In this document: positions 41,817-49,659 of the stretch, in pieces
Layout: the number at the start of each line of letters is the position of its first letter
How positions within the stretch are numbered: the stretch's first letter is position 1
Origin: a virus
Taxonomy: Duplodnaviria > Caudoviricetes
Direction: 5' to 3' (one strand)
IMG/VR virus record: IMGVR_UViG_3300011116_001007
Length of the DNA stretch: 64,000 nt
Program-made: the position numbers and the translations under genes
The notes under the pieces: generated by a model
The model's input: the letters and a program-made list of their open reading frames with translations, nothing else
Databases searched by the model: none
What the model was told of the DNA's origin: nothing

Positions 41817-42089
41817 TTAAACGGCTTCCAGCATGTTGGCAGGCACATTCCAGCGATTCACGGGCGTCTTGACCAGCACAAATTTCAGCTTGACTTTTTC
41901 CACTTGGCCCACGTAAGTGATACCGTTTTTGGTGCTGGTGAACTTCACACGATCACCCACTGCAAAACTGCGAACTTTGGACTTGGTCAGCTGGCTGCGA
42001 GCATATTTCACAGCATCAATAATGGAACTCAGTTGGTCGTTACTAAATGACCCAGTGATGATTGCAGTGTTAATTGCGGTGATATCCAT
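41817..42089 (-). CDS. Hypothetical small beta-barrel (SH3/KOW-like) protein
   Basis: FAVGDRVKF motif; GGAG SD and promoter upstream. Confidence 0.55.
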   Translation of the reverse strand: MDITAINTAIITGSFSNDQLSSIIDAVKYARSQLTKSKVRSFAVGDRVKFTSTKNGITYVGQVEKVKLKFVLVKTPVNRWNVPANMLEAV

Positions 42090-42242
42090 TTGAAACTCCT
42101 TTTTGCTGAACATGTGTGTATTATAGCAGTTCGGGCAATAGCGGTCAACCAGAATATTGTGGGTTTTTTGCAACAAAATCCAGGTATTTTGGGCAAAAAA
42201 ATACGGGAAATTCTGTTGTTTTTACACAACAAAATCTCCCGT

Positions 42243-42719
42243 TTAAATGTACCAAATTTCTCGAAATCCTTCTTCCAAAGTGGGCTCTTCCCAATTGGCA
42301 ATCATATGATCAACTACTGCTTCGGGGATTATTTTCCCAGAATCATATCGATTTTGTAGTCGCCGATCCAATTCATCACGCGGCGGTGTACGGAATACCA
42401 CAGCAATGGCATAGTACTCGGGCAACATGTTGAACTTCTTTCGACGACTTGCCGCAGTGGTCGAAGTTTGATCCCACACAATATCTTGACTGGCTTCACG
42501 AGCATGCACTACATCGCCGGTCATGTGCTCCACACATTTGGGCATGACTTCTTTGAAAACTTCGCTGTAGGTCTTGCCTGCACTTTTTGCAAACTCTTCT
42601 ACATAACGATCTGTGGAAATGTATGCAGCTTCTTGCAGCCAAGTTTGATCAGAATGCCAGGTACTTTTTCCACTACCTGGCACTCCAACCAAAACGTACA
42701 ATTTACATTGTCGGTCCAT
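42243..42719 (-). CDS. P-loop kinase (polynucleotide-kinase/AAA_33-like)
   Basis: GVPGSGKST, ISTD, VWDQT..SRRKK. Confidence 0.75.
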   Translation of the reverse strand: MDRQCKLYVLVGVPGSGKSTWHSDQTWLQEAAYISTDRYVEEFAKSAGKTYSEVFKEVMPKCVEHMTGDVVHAREASQDIVWDQTSTTAASRRKKFNMLPEYYAIAVVFRTPPRDELDRRLQNRYDSGKIIPEAVVDHMIANWEEPTLEEGFREIWYI

Positions 42720-43293
42720 TACCGTTCCTAAATCCAATTTCCCCACCTTCTTCAACAATGCGTTTTTGCACATCTTCAAACAAGATAGGAGCAAAGTCTG
42801 TGTGCTCTACACATACACAATGATAGCGTGGATCAACAACCTTGGTCACAAATTCACCAGCAGCAGGCCCTGCCTTCATTACTCTGTTGGCATGCAAGTG
42901 TCCGTGAATGTTCACACCAAAGCGACCCAACGATTCCTCGTGGATGGGTATGTGACTCAAGATCATTCCGTTCATCACATGGTATGCACGTAACTCGCGA
43001 AAGTGTTCACGGTACTCATCATCTCGAAAGATGTCATGATTACCGCGGATCAAAACTTTGTCACCGTTCAACCTACGCATGATACCTAAGGACTTGCGGT
43101 TGATAACAACATCGCCTAAATGGTATACCTTGTCTGTGGGCCGGACACGTTCGTTCCAGGCCTTGACCATGGCCTCGTCCATTTCCTCAGGCGTGTCCCA
43201 AGGACGTAATTTGGTCACACCGTCGTTGCGAGTGAAATGGCACACACCTTTGTGTCCAAAGTGTGTGTCTGATACTAAAAATACTGATGGCAT
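42703..43293 (-). CDS. Calcineurin-like metallophosphoesterase
   Basis: SDTH, LGD, GNHD, SH, HGHLH. Confidence 0.88.
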   Translation of the reverse strand: MPSVFLVSDTHFGHKGVCHFTRNDGVTKLRPWDTPEEMDEAMVKAWNERVRPTDKVYHLGDVVINRKSLGIMRRLNGDKVLIRGNHDIFRDDEYREHFRELRAYHVMNGMILSHIPIHEESLGRFGVNIHGHLHANRVMKAGPAAGEFVTKVVDPRYHCVCVEHTDFAPILFEDVQKRIVEEGGEIGFRNGNGPTM

Positions 43294-43346
43294 AATGTCC
43301 TCTTTGTGTGTATTATACAACAATGAACATTACTGGTCAACCAAAA

Positions 43347-43601
43347 TCAATAGTGTTTTGATCGACGTCGCGGCGCAATGTCTTGCTGTTTGTATAGATA
43401 ATCCATTGTGATTTTTCCTGCTTCGATCTCCAACAGGGCTGTGACTGCAGGACCATAACGAGTTGGCACTTGGGCAGGATCGCCGCGCATGAGTTCTCGC
43501 ATGCGTCTAGAAGCAATCAATACCAGATTGTATCGGCTGCCGATTGCAAGTGCTGCGGCCTGGCTAGTGAGTCCGGCGGTGCGTTCAAGTAGTACGTTCA
43601 T
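43347..43601 (-). CDS. rpoZ: RNA polymerase omega-subunit-like protein
   Basis: SRYNLVLIASRRMREL...P...ALLEIEAGKI matches the recalled RpoZ pattern (R-F/Y-x-L-V-x-x-A-x-x-R-A-R ... A-L-x-E-I-x-x-G). Confidence 0.7.
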   Translation of the reverse strand: MNVLLERTAGLTSQAAALAIGSRYNLVLIASRRMRELMRGDPAQVPTRYGPAVTALLEIEAGKITMDYLYKQQDIAPRRRSKHY

Positions 43602-43882
43602 TCTTCATCCTTTGTTGATAATCCGTTGCTGTGTCGATCTCTGATGTCTTCTACGTTTTGATCAAATCTCTTTTGTTGTATAGTTGGCTCCCCAAAAACT
43701 TTTTCTCTTGAACAAAGCAAACACTTTGGATTGCCACAATCCATGGCATGCTGCTTGGCAAACTTATGTGGTTGGCTTATGTCCGAGCCAGCAGCTTTGG
43801 CAATCTTGGTTTGTTTTTTAATAGCATTTTCGTCTTTGAGTAAACGCTTAGAGTGTTTGAATCGGTCTTGTTCGGTGCTCAT
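43598..43882 (-). CDS. Hypothetical basic protein with CxxxxC
   Basis: 94 aa; promoter-like sequence upstream. Confidence 0.6.
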   Translation of the reverse strand: MSTEQDRFKHSKRLLKDENAIKKQTKIAKAAGSDISQPHKFAKQHAMDCGNPKCLLCSREKVFGEPTIQQKRFDQNVEDIRDRHSNGLSTKDEE

Positions 43883-43917
43883 GATGCTATTATATAGCAG
43901 ATTTAGTTAGTTGTCAA

Positions 43918-43992
43918 TGGTCTCGCTGCCCAGAATCGAACCAGGATTTGAGTCTTAGGAGGACCCCGTTCTATCCATTGAACTACAACGAG
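43918..43992 (-). tRNA. tRNA-Arg(CCT)
   Basis: Cloverleaf, loop ctCCTaa, encoded CCA. Confidence 0.88.
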
Positions 43993-43994
43993 AT

Positions 43995-44069
43995 TGGCCG
44001 GCCCTGAGAGGATCGAACTCCCACCTCCGGGTTCGAAGCCCGGAATGATATCCATTTCACCAAAGGCCG
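43995..44069 (-). tRNA. tRNA-Arg(TCG)
   Basis: ccggg-ctTCGaa-cccgg, CCA. Confidence 0.9.
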
Positions 44070-44073
44070 AGAT

Positions 44074-44147
44074 TGGTGCTCCTAACAAGAATCGAACTTG
44101 TATCTCATCCTTACCAAGGATGTGTTCTGCCATTTAACTATAGGAGC
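44074..44147 (-). tRNA. tRNA-Thr(GGT)
   Basis: catcc-ttGGTaa-ggatg, CCA. Confidence 0.92.
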
Positions 44148-44218
44148 AAATAGAAAAACCCTGCCGTGTCTAGTGACATTAAAAGAGGTCACAAGCCAGA
44201 GGGCAGGGCCGTGTTGTC

Positions 44219-44293
44219 TGGAGCGGAATATCGGGTTCGAACCGATGGCCTAAACGTTGGCAACGTTTCGCTCTACCACTGAGCTAATCCCGC
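44219..44293 (-). tRNA. tRNA-Gly(GCC)
   Basis: aaacg-ttGCCaa-cgttt, CCA. Confidence 0.92.
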
Positions 44294-44303
44294 AAAATTT
44301 CTA

Positions 44304-44876
44304 TTACAATAACCCTTCAGCAGTCAACACATTGACTATGTCTTGCCCAAGCTCAATTTCGGTACGCACATTGAGATCCAACAATTCGTCTTGTAATTTT
44401 TGTTTGTTCTTCTTGCCTAGCACAACCGCAGTTCGGAAACCAGCCAGGTCTTCGGCAGTGAATATAGAAGTGTCTACTGTGGAATCGTGACCGTAGTACA
44501 GGCTGCGACCTTCGTCTTTGCGATTGCGAAGTTTTTCTAATTTACCAGCCACAACCTCTACACTTTCACGAACACTTTTACCAGACATGTCTAGATAAAA
44601 CTGTATTTTCTTTTCAAGCGATGCAATATCTGCCAACTTGTCATTGATGTTGGCCTGATGATTGGCGCGGCTCACAGACTTGCGGATATCGTACAGGCTG
44701 TTTAACAAACTGGTCTGACGATCTTGTTTGGCCACAAAATCTAGGCGTAATTTTGCAATTGCATCTTCGGCAATTTGGAATTCGTTGACTTTGACTTCGG
44801 TGTCAAATTTGATGCCTTTTAATGCATCCTGGATGGCCAATTGTAATGCATTGGCTTTGCGTAGATTGATTTTCAT
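44304..44876 (-). CDS. Hypothetical coiled-coil protein (190 aa)
   Basis: Long helical ORF between tRNAs, preceded by a ~280-nt non-coding leader. Confidence 0.7.
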   Translation of the reverse strand: MKINLRKANALQLAIQDALKGIKFDTEVKVNEFQIAEDAIAKLRLDFVAKQDRQTSLLNSLYDIRKSVSRANHQANINDKLADIASLEKKIQFYLDMSGKSVRESVEVVAGKLEKLRNRKDEGRSLYYGHDSTVDTSIFTAEDLAGFRTAVVLGKKNKQKLQDELLDLNVRTEIELGQDIVNVLTAEGLL

Positions 44877-44884
44877 AATTTCTT

Positions 44885-45160
44885 TCTTTCAACAATAAAA
44901 CAACAAGGGTGGCAAGACCCGAATCAAGTCACAGACTATGCAATTCGCAATGCTCAAAATACAATGCACAATCCACAGTGGCCTGCGTATGCCCGGTTAT
45001 CAAAGTGCAAATGTCTATAATATGTCCGGTTCACACAAGCACGATCCAAGTTGCCTTGGAGGTCAGAGTTAATTCAGCTTTGGAAGCCGATGCTGGCATG
45101 AAGCCAACAGTTTGTCTGTTCTAATCTATCCTGATCTTGCCTGCCAGTTTGCACTGACAA
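44885..45160 (-). ncRNA. Candidate structured 5' leader/ncRNA
   Basis: Follows a TTGACA-18-TAAAAT promoter; UCCAAG-GCAA-CUUGGA and UGUUGGC/GCCAGCA hairpins; two crossing long-range helices. Confidence 0.4.
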
Positions 45161-45203
45161 AAACTATTTTACACAAAACAGTCAACGCTGTCAACTGTTT
45201 TGG

Positions 45204-45674
45204 TCAGGCTGCTTTCAAACCTTTCAGTCGGTCAGCAGCATACGAAGCAGCAAATGCCTGTGGCTTCACAAAAGGTATCACGTTGCAAGTGCCTTTGATG
45301 TAGCCAATGGCCTGTGAAATAACACAGCTGGATCCGTGCATTTCGTCTGGGTTGATGTCAAGATGTACTTCAACATCACGACCTTCCAGCACGTCGGCCA
45401 GTTTGAGATACAGTTCGGACACCTTGTACACTTCGGTCATGAGACGCATGGCTGGCTTGCCTGGCTTTGCGTCGTACACACGTTCGCGATGTACTTCACC
45501 AAACAGTTTGCATCCGTTGTTGCCGTTGATGTGTACCACAATGGCCAACACATAGTCGGCCCACCATTCACCATCGATCTTGATTCTTTCACTGTCGCAA
45601 CCAATGTAGATACGTGTTTCTGGTGTTTGTGCTTGAATAAATTCAGACACTTGTTTTAAATCTAATTTTTTCAT
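45204..45674 (-). CDS. RNase H-like protein (YkuK/DUF458 type)
   Basis: YIGCDS, E, VHLDIN, terminal AD acidic residues. Confidence 0.7.
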   Translation of the reverse strand: MKKLDLKQVSEFIQAQTPETRIYIGCDSERIKIDGEWWADYVLAIVVHINGNNGCKLFGEVHRERVYDAKPGKPAMRLMTEVYKVSELYLKLADVLEGRDVEVHLDINPDEMHGSSCVISQAIGYIKGTCNVIPFVKPQAFAASYAADRLKGLKAA

Positions 45675-45688
45675 AAGTTTCTTCTAGG

Positions 45689-46117
45689 TTAGAAGTCCTC
45701 GGTGATCAATTCTAAATCAGTTAACCGTCCTGAATCTTCTTTGTTGTACCTTACGCTACCACCATAATAACCGTTGTGGCTGTTACGCACTTCAAGGTCA
45801 ATGTAGCCACGGTTGGTGCGGATAGTCCAGAACGCATCTTGTACCACTTCGCATCCATCTTCGTCGCTGCGATTGTCGCCCCAGCCCTTGTCCTCCACAG
45901 CCAGCACTTCTACCCCGCGCAACAGGTCAAAGCTGTTGCCCTCGCCTAAGATATTTACGCCAGTCACATGGTTGAACCATACAGAATTGCAGCAGTCATT
46001 TTCAGTGTCAAAACGATAGCGACGCCCAGAGATGTCACGAAACACCAGGCTCCACTTGTCGTTGCCTATGAACAAGCCATTGATGCGCTTGCCTACTAAT
46101 ACATTAAATTCACTCAT
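45689..46117 (-). CDS. Hypothetical protein (DCC...HNGYYG)
   Basis: 142-aa ORF with AAGGA SD. Confidence 0.65.
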   Translation of the reverse strand: MSEFNVLVGKRINGLFIGNDKWSLVFRDISGRRYRFDTENDCCNSVWFNHVTGVNILGEGNSFDLLRGVEVLAVEDKGWGDNRSDEDGCEVVQDAFWTIRTNRGYIDLEVRNSHNGYYGGSVRYNKEDSGRLTDLELITEDF

Positions 46118-46142
46118 AGCTTGTCCTTTCTTTTAAATTGTT

Positions 46143-46221
46143 TGGTACCCCGGGCGAGAGTCGAACTCGCAGAACTCTTCCTTTTGAGAGAAGCGACTTT
46201 GCCAGATTTGTCCACCGGGGC
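46143..46221 (-). tRNA. tRNA-Leu(CAA), short variable loop
   Basis: cttct-ctCAAaa-ggaag, CCA; no variable arm. Confidence 0.85.
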
Positions 46222-46228
46222 ATATTCT

Positions 46229-46303
46229 TGGTGGATGAGACAGGGCTCGAACCTGTGACCCTCAGCATGTCGAGCTGATGCACTACCACTGTGCTACACA
46301 TCC
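46229..46303 (-). tRNA. tRNA-Val(GAC), atypical C33
   Basis: tcagc-tcGACat-gctga, CCA. Confidence 0.8.
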
Positions 46304-46307
46304 AAAT

Positions 46308-46399
46308 TGGTACCAGCGGAGAGGATCGAACTCTCTCAAGAACGCTAATCTGGCGCTAAAAGGCTTATAAGACCTCTCTGACTCCCAAGTCTCGCTGGT
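46308..46399 (-). tRNA. Non-canonical tRNA with TAT anticodon (Ile-AUA reader?) and long variable region
   Basis: ACCAGCG/CGCTGGT acceptor, 1-nt connector, GAC-ttggga-GTC D arm, ctTATaa loop, GAGAG-ttcgatc-CTCTC T arm, CCA. Confidence 0.7.
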
Positions 46400-46404
46400 A
46401 TGTA

Positions 46405-46668
46405 TTAACCAGTGCGATGTATCAAATGGTAACCAAACTGCGTTTGCACAGGTTGGCTGATTGAACCCACAGCAGTTGCCAAGGTGGCATCTTCAAATGG
46501 TCGGACCATCTGTCCTGATCCAAACTCGCCAAGGTCTCCACCGCGTTCGCCACTGGGGCATGTGCTGTGTGCTCGTGCCAGGTCGGCAAAACTTGCACCT
46601 TCATTTAGTTTGTTTTTCAGTGACACCGCTTCGTTGAGTGTTTTTACCAAAATGTGACTTGCTTTCAT
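46405..46668 (-). CDS. ppiC: Parvulin-type peptidyl-prolyl isomerase
   Basis: [19 protein letters not shown]...[22 protein letters not shown]. Confidence 0.92.
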   Translation of the reverse strand: MKASHILVKTLNEAVSLKNKLNEGASFADLARAHSTCPSGERGGDLGEFGSGQMVRPFEDATLATAVGSISQPVQTQFGYHLIHRTG

Positions 46669-46691
46669 TCTCTTGCTTCCTTATAAAAAAT

Positions 46692-46835
46692 TGGTGGAGA
46701 ACATCTTTGAGGTATCCCCTACGAAGCAGATCACTGCTCACCTGTTACATCGCTATCGTGTACTATTACCTGCCCTAAGGGTTAGCTAGCTACCTTAGCG
46801 ACTCATACTGGATAATGTAACTTATCCGCTGTTCT
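46692..46835 (-). ncRNA. ~144-nt CCA-terminated structured RNA candidate
   Basis: Starts right after tRNA-Pro CCA; AGAACA/TGTTCT terminal stem then CCACCA; internal hairpins GGATAA/TTATCC, CTAAGG/CCTTAG, GCAG/CTGC. Confidence 0.5.
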
Positions 46836-46912
46836 TGGTCGGAGTACAAGGATTCGAACCTTGGACCCCCTGGTCCCAAACCAGGTGCGCTACCAGACTG
46901 CGCCACACTCCG
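46836..46912 (-). tRNA. tRNA-Pro(TGG)
   Basis: cctgg-ttTGGga-ccagg, CCA. Confidence 0.95.
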
Positions 46913-46914
46913 AA

Positions 46915-47163
46915 TTATTCTGCTTGCTTCTTCAATCTCATGCCCACAAACGTGCCACAGAATGCGCCCAATGCAGCTGGCACCAGTAACATGTGATCGG
47001 TTGTGTAGTTGATAACCACAAATGCTCCCAGGATAGTAACAACCACAGACCACGAGCTGGCAAGCATGGCCCGGCCATCTGCTACTGCTCTTAGATAGTA
47101 TGTGTAAAAAATATCTATGCAGAACAGGGCAAAAAATGTTGTTATGTATTCAATCATATTCAT
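46915..47163 (-). CDS. Small membrane protein
   Basis: 82 aa, three hydrophobic segments. Confidence 0.65.
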   Translation of the reverse strand: MNMIEYITTFFALFCIDIFYTYYLRAVADGRAMLASSWSVVVTILGAFVVINYTTDHMLLVPAALGAFCGTFVGMRLKKQAE

Positions 47164-47237
47164 GGTACCTGGTCACGGTTTCGAACCGCGGACCCTCTCG
47201 GTGTAAACGAGATGCTCTCCCCCTGAGCTAACCAGGC
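47163..47237 (-). tRNA. tRNA-Val(TAC)
   Basis: tctcg-ttTACac-cgaga, CCA. Confidence 0.93.
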
Positions 47238-47396
47238 AAAAATTTGTGACAGACAACTTTTCCTATTATACTCCGCCTGTCAGGGAGAGTCTTTGTAAAA
47301 ATTAGGGCACAACCTCTCCGATCGTTGAGTGCGTGAGATCTTTGTTGTTTAAAGTTGGCATAACGACTTTCTGTACAGAAGCCAACTCCCTAAAAC

Positions 47397-47470
47397 TGGA
47401 GCGGGGTAGGAGAATCGAACTCCTGACTTTAGCTTGGAAGGCTAAGGTAATACCATTTTACGAACCCCGC
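47397..47470 (-). tRNA. tRNA-Gly(TCC)
   Basis: ttagc-ctTCCaa-gctaa, CCA. Confidence 0.93.
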
Positions 47471-47539
47471 ATATTTTTTGATATTAGACAATCTACATTA
47501 TAGACTTACTTATATTGCCTGTCAACTGCTATCTGATTA

Positions 47540-48451
47540 TTAGTTTTCCAAATAGTCGGGTAGATTGTTATCTCTAGCCCAGCGATTGTACGCATCAACA
47601 CACTGCACAAAATTTATCACAATCTGCCTCTTGTCCGCCGGAGTGGTAGATTTGATAGGAATGGTATCAAGCATGACTTGATCACTGCACATGATTGACA
47701 ATGTGTTATCAATTGCCTCAACGGCCGAAATCATGTCTGCATCAAATTCTGGATCAATGTTTTTGCTAATCTCATAATGGTACTGTGTGTACTCGGCAAT
47801 ACTGATGCCATATTTTTGTTTGATTGTTTGTTGGGTGGGAAAATATCGGCACAGCACTGCATCAATATCACTTGACAACTCTTCGTACAACAACGGAACA
47901 AATCCGGGAAATGTGTTACTTAACCAATTGCGATAGTCGAGATATCGTTGTGATTGTTGTATAACAATATCTGTGTCAACTTCAAATCTTTTATCTCCAT
48001 ACAAGCGCACACGATCTTTGGCACTGTGTACGTTGTTGATCTGCTGTGATGCCGGGCGGTCAGTGCAGCGTCGCACAGCATAACTCAATGCATAATCAAA
48101 AATATTGTCTCGTATGCTACCAAACACTGTGAAATTATTGCGTAAGTATTCTGTAAATAATTCTTGTTGTGATTTGGTTTCGCTGCGATTCAGCCAATGG
48201 TCATAGGCCAATCGCACCAGTACAGGATTAGCACTGGATGACAACAACCCAGACAACTCATCAAAACTCTGTGTATTGACGTCGGCCCATTTTTTTATCA
48301 AATAGCCTTGCTCCCCAACACCTATTCCATTTAGCAATTCATGCGGATTGACAAGATTAGGTTGTATCAGTTCTCTAATCCAGAAAGTGGCTGCTCTTTG
48401 AAAATAAGTAGACCCTGATCCAAATGATGCAATTAACAAAACGTTTTTCAT
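47540..48451 (-). CDS. Sulfotransferase-fold-like protein (tentative)
   Basis: N-terminal FGSGSTYFQ resembles a PSB loop; RDN and LLYEEL motifs. Confidence 0.4.
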   Translation of the reverse strand: MKNVLLIASFGSGSTYFQRAATFWIRELIQPNLVNPHELLNGIGVGEQGYLIKKWADVNTQSFDELSGLLSSSANPVLVRLAYDHWLNRSETKSQQELFTEYLRNNFTVFGSIRDNIFDYALSYAVRRCTDRPASQQINNVHSAKDRVRLYGDKRFEVDTDIVIQQSQRYLDYRNWLSNTFPGFVPLLYEELSSDIDAVLCRYFPTQQTIKQKYGISIAEYTQYHYEISKNIDPEFDADMISAVEAIDNTLSIMCSDQVMLDTIPIKSTTPADKRQIVINFVQCVDAYNRWARDNNLPDYLEN

Positions 48452-49344
48452 TCGTAAATTTTTCTCAAAGTGTTTTGGGCTGAGATTGGTATCAAGTCTT
48501 GATACGATATCTTTACATCATGAGACAAACACAGGAGGGCCAAGTCTCGTGCTCGTGCCCGGGTGCTGTTGTTTTCCAATGACTGCCCTAGTATTATTTC
48601 AACTAAGAAATCATGCTGAATCAGTGCATCGGGATGTGGGTCAGAGTGTACACATTCTAAATATTCTTGTGTACACTGCCGAGCAGTCTTGTACTCCCAT
48701 AGTCCTTGATAAGATTTTGGATCCTGTGGATCCTTTGGTGGCATAAAAAACCGGTTCCAGTCAATAAGAGACAACAGATTGGAAACTGCTGGAATCTTTA
48801 ATATTTCACTTGCAGTGTTCAATTCAATTGAGGAAAGTTGATTGCAACTATCCCAACGATATTTCCAGGAATCAATGGTCACAGTAGGCCTAACATCAAA
48901 CCAAGGATTTTGCCAAAACACCATGTGATAACGACACCCAATCTGATTCAACAGATGTTGGATTTGGTATATGGTAGAAAAATTATCCACGATCATGTGT
49001 GTAAGACTTGTTTCGTGATCAGGGTGTGTGCGATATAATCCGCGCCAGGGCACTGGAGAGCATTCTAGTCTTCCAGCAGCTGGAAAGAATCCTTGACAAT
49101 CGTGCTGATCAACCCAGTCTTGGTCGTACCATGTTGTGACACGATTGCTGCCACTCAGCATGATGATCACAGTATCGTCCTGGGTGATATCTTTTGATCT
49201 TGACAACAGTTCCCAATACTGTGTTTGATTGCTGCGTCCGGGCCAGGCCAGGTTGATAACAGTGTCTGTGGAATATTCGCTCAACCAATCGCTCCAGGTA
49301 TGCCAATACCATTTTGTAAAACTACATCCTAATGTATAAATCAT
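48448..49344 (-). CDS. SGNH-like protein
   Basis: Start MIYTLGCSFT at 49344; NLAWPGRSN; C-terminal DPHP. Confidence 0.55.
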   Translation of the reverse strand: MIYTLGCSFTKWYWHTWSDWLSEYSTDTVINLAWPGRSNQTQYWELLSRSKDITQDDTVIIMLSGSNRVTTWYDQDWVDQHDCQGFFPAAGRLECSPVPWRGLYRTHPDHETSLTHMIVDNFSTIYQIQHLLNQIGCRYHMVFWQNPWFDVRPTVTIDSWKYRWDSCNQLSSIELNTASEILKIPAVSNLLSLIDWNRFFMPPKDPQDPKSYQGLWEYKTARQCTQEYLECVHSDPHPDALIQHDFLVEIILGQSLENNSTRARARDLALLCLSHDVKISYQDLIPISAQNTLRKIYE

Positions 49345-49358
49345 AATGAACTGTCTTT

Positions 49359-49433
49359 TGGTAGCCGGTGATGGTTTCGAACCATCGACCCTCGCCTTAT
49401 CAAGACGATGCTCTCCCCCTGAGCTAACCGGCC
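49359..49433 (-). tRNA. tRNA-Ile(GAT)
   Basis: tcgtc-ttGATaa-ggcga, CCA. Confidence 0.93.
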
Positions 49434-49570
49434 ATGATAATATATAGGTGCTCTCTGCGGCGCTTGAATCCACGGTAGCCCTGCTCTTCCTGGCACTTCT
49501 TCACACGCCGCGGGCTAGTGAAGGTTGGTGTTGTTCCAGTGTAGCTACTACAGAAAGCATTTATATGATA

Positions 49571-49659
49571 ACCATATGGAAACACACTAAAAGTAATCTA
49601 ACATACAAGAGCGCCGTGCGAACGTATGCTAAAAGGTATCTAATGTGTTTGCATATGGT
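49571..49659 (-). repeat. 18-bp-stem hairpin cassette 1 (ACCATAT.x.AAACACA family)
   Basis: Arms 49571-49588 and 49642-49659; one mismatch at stem position 9. Confidence 0.75.
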
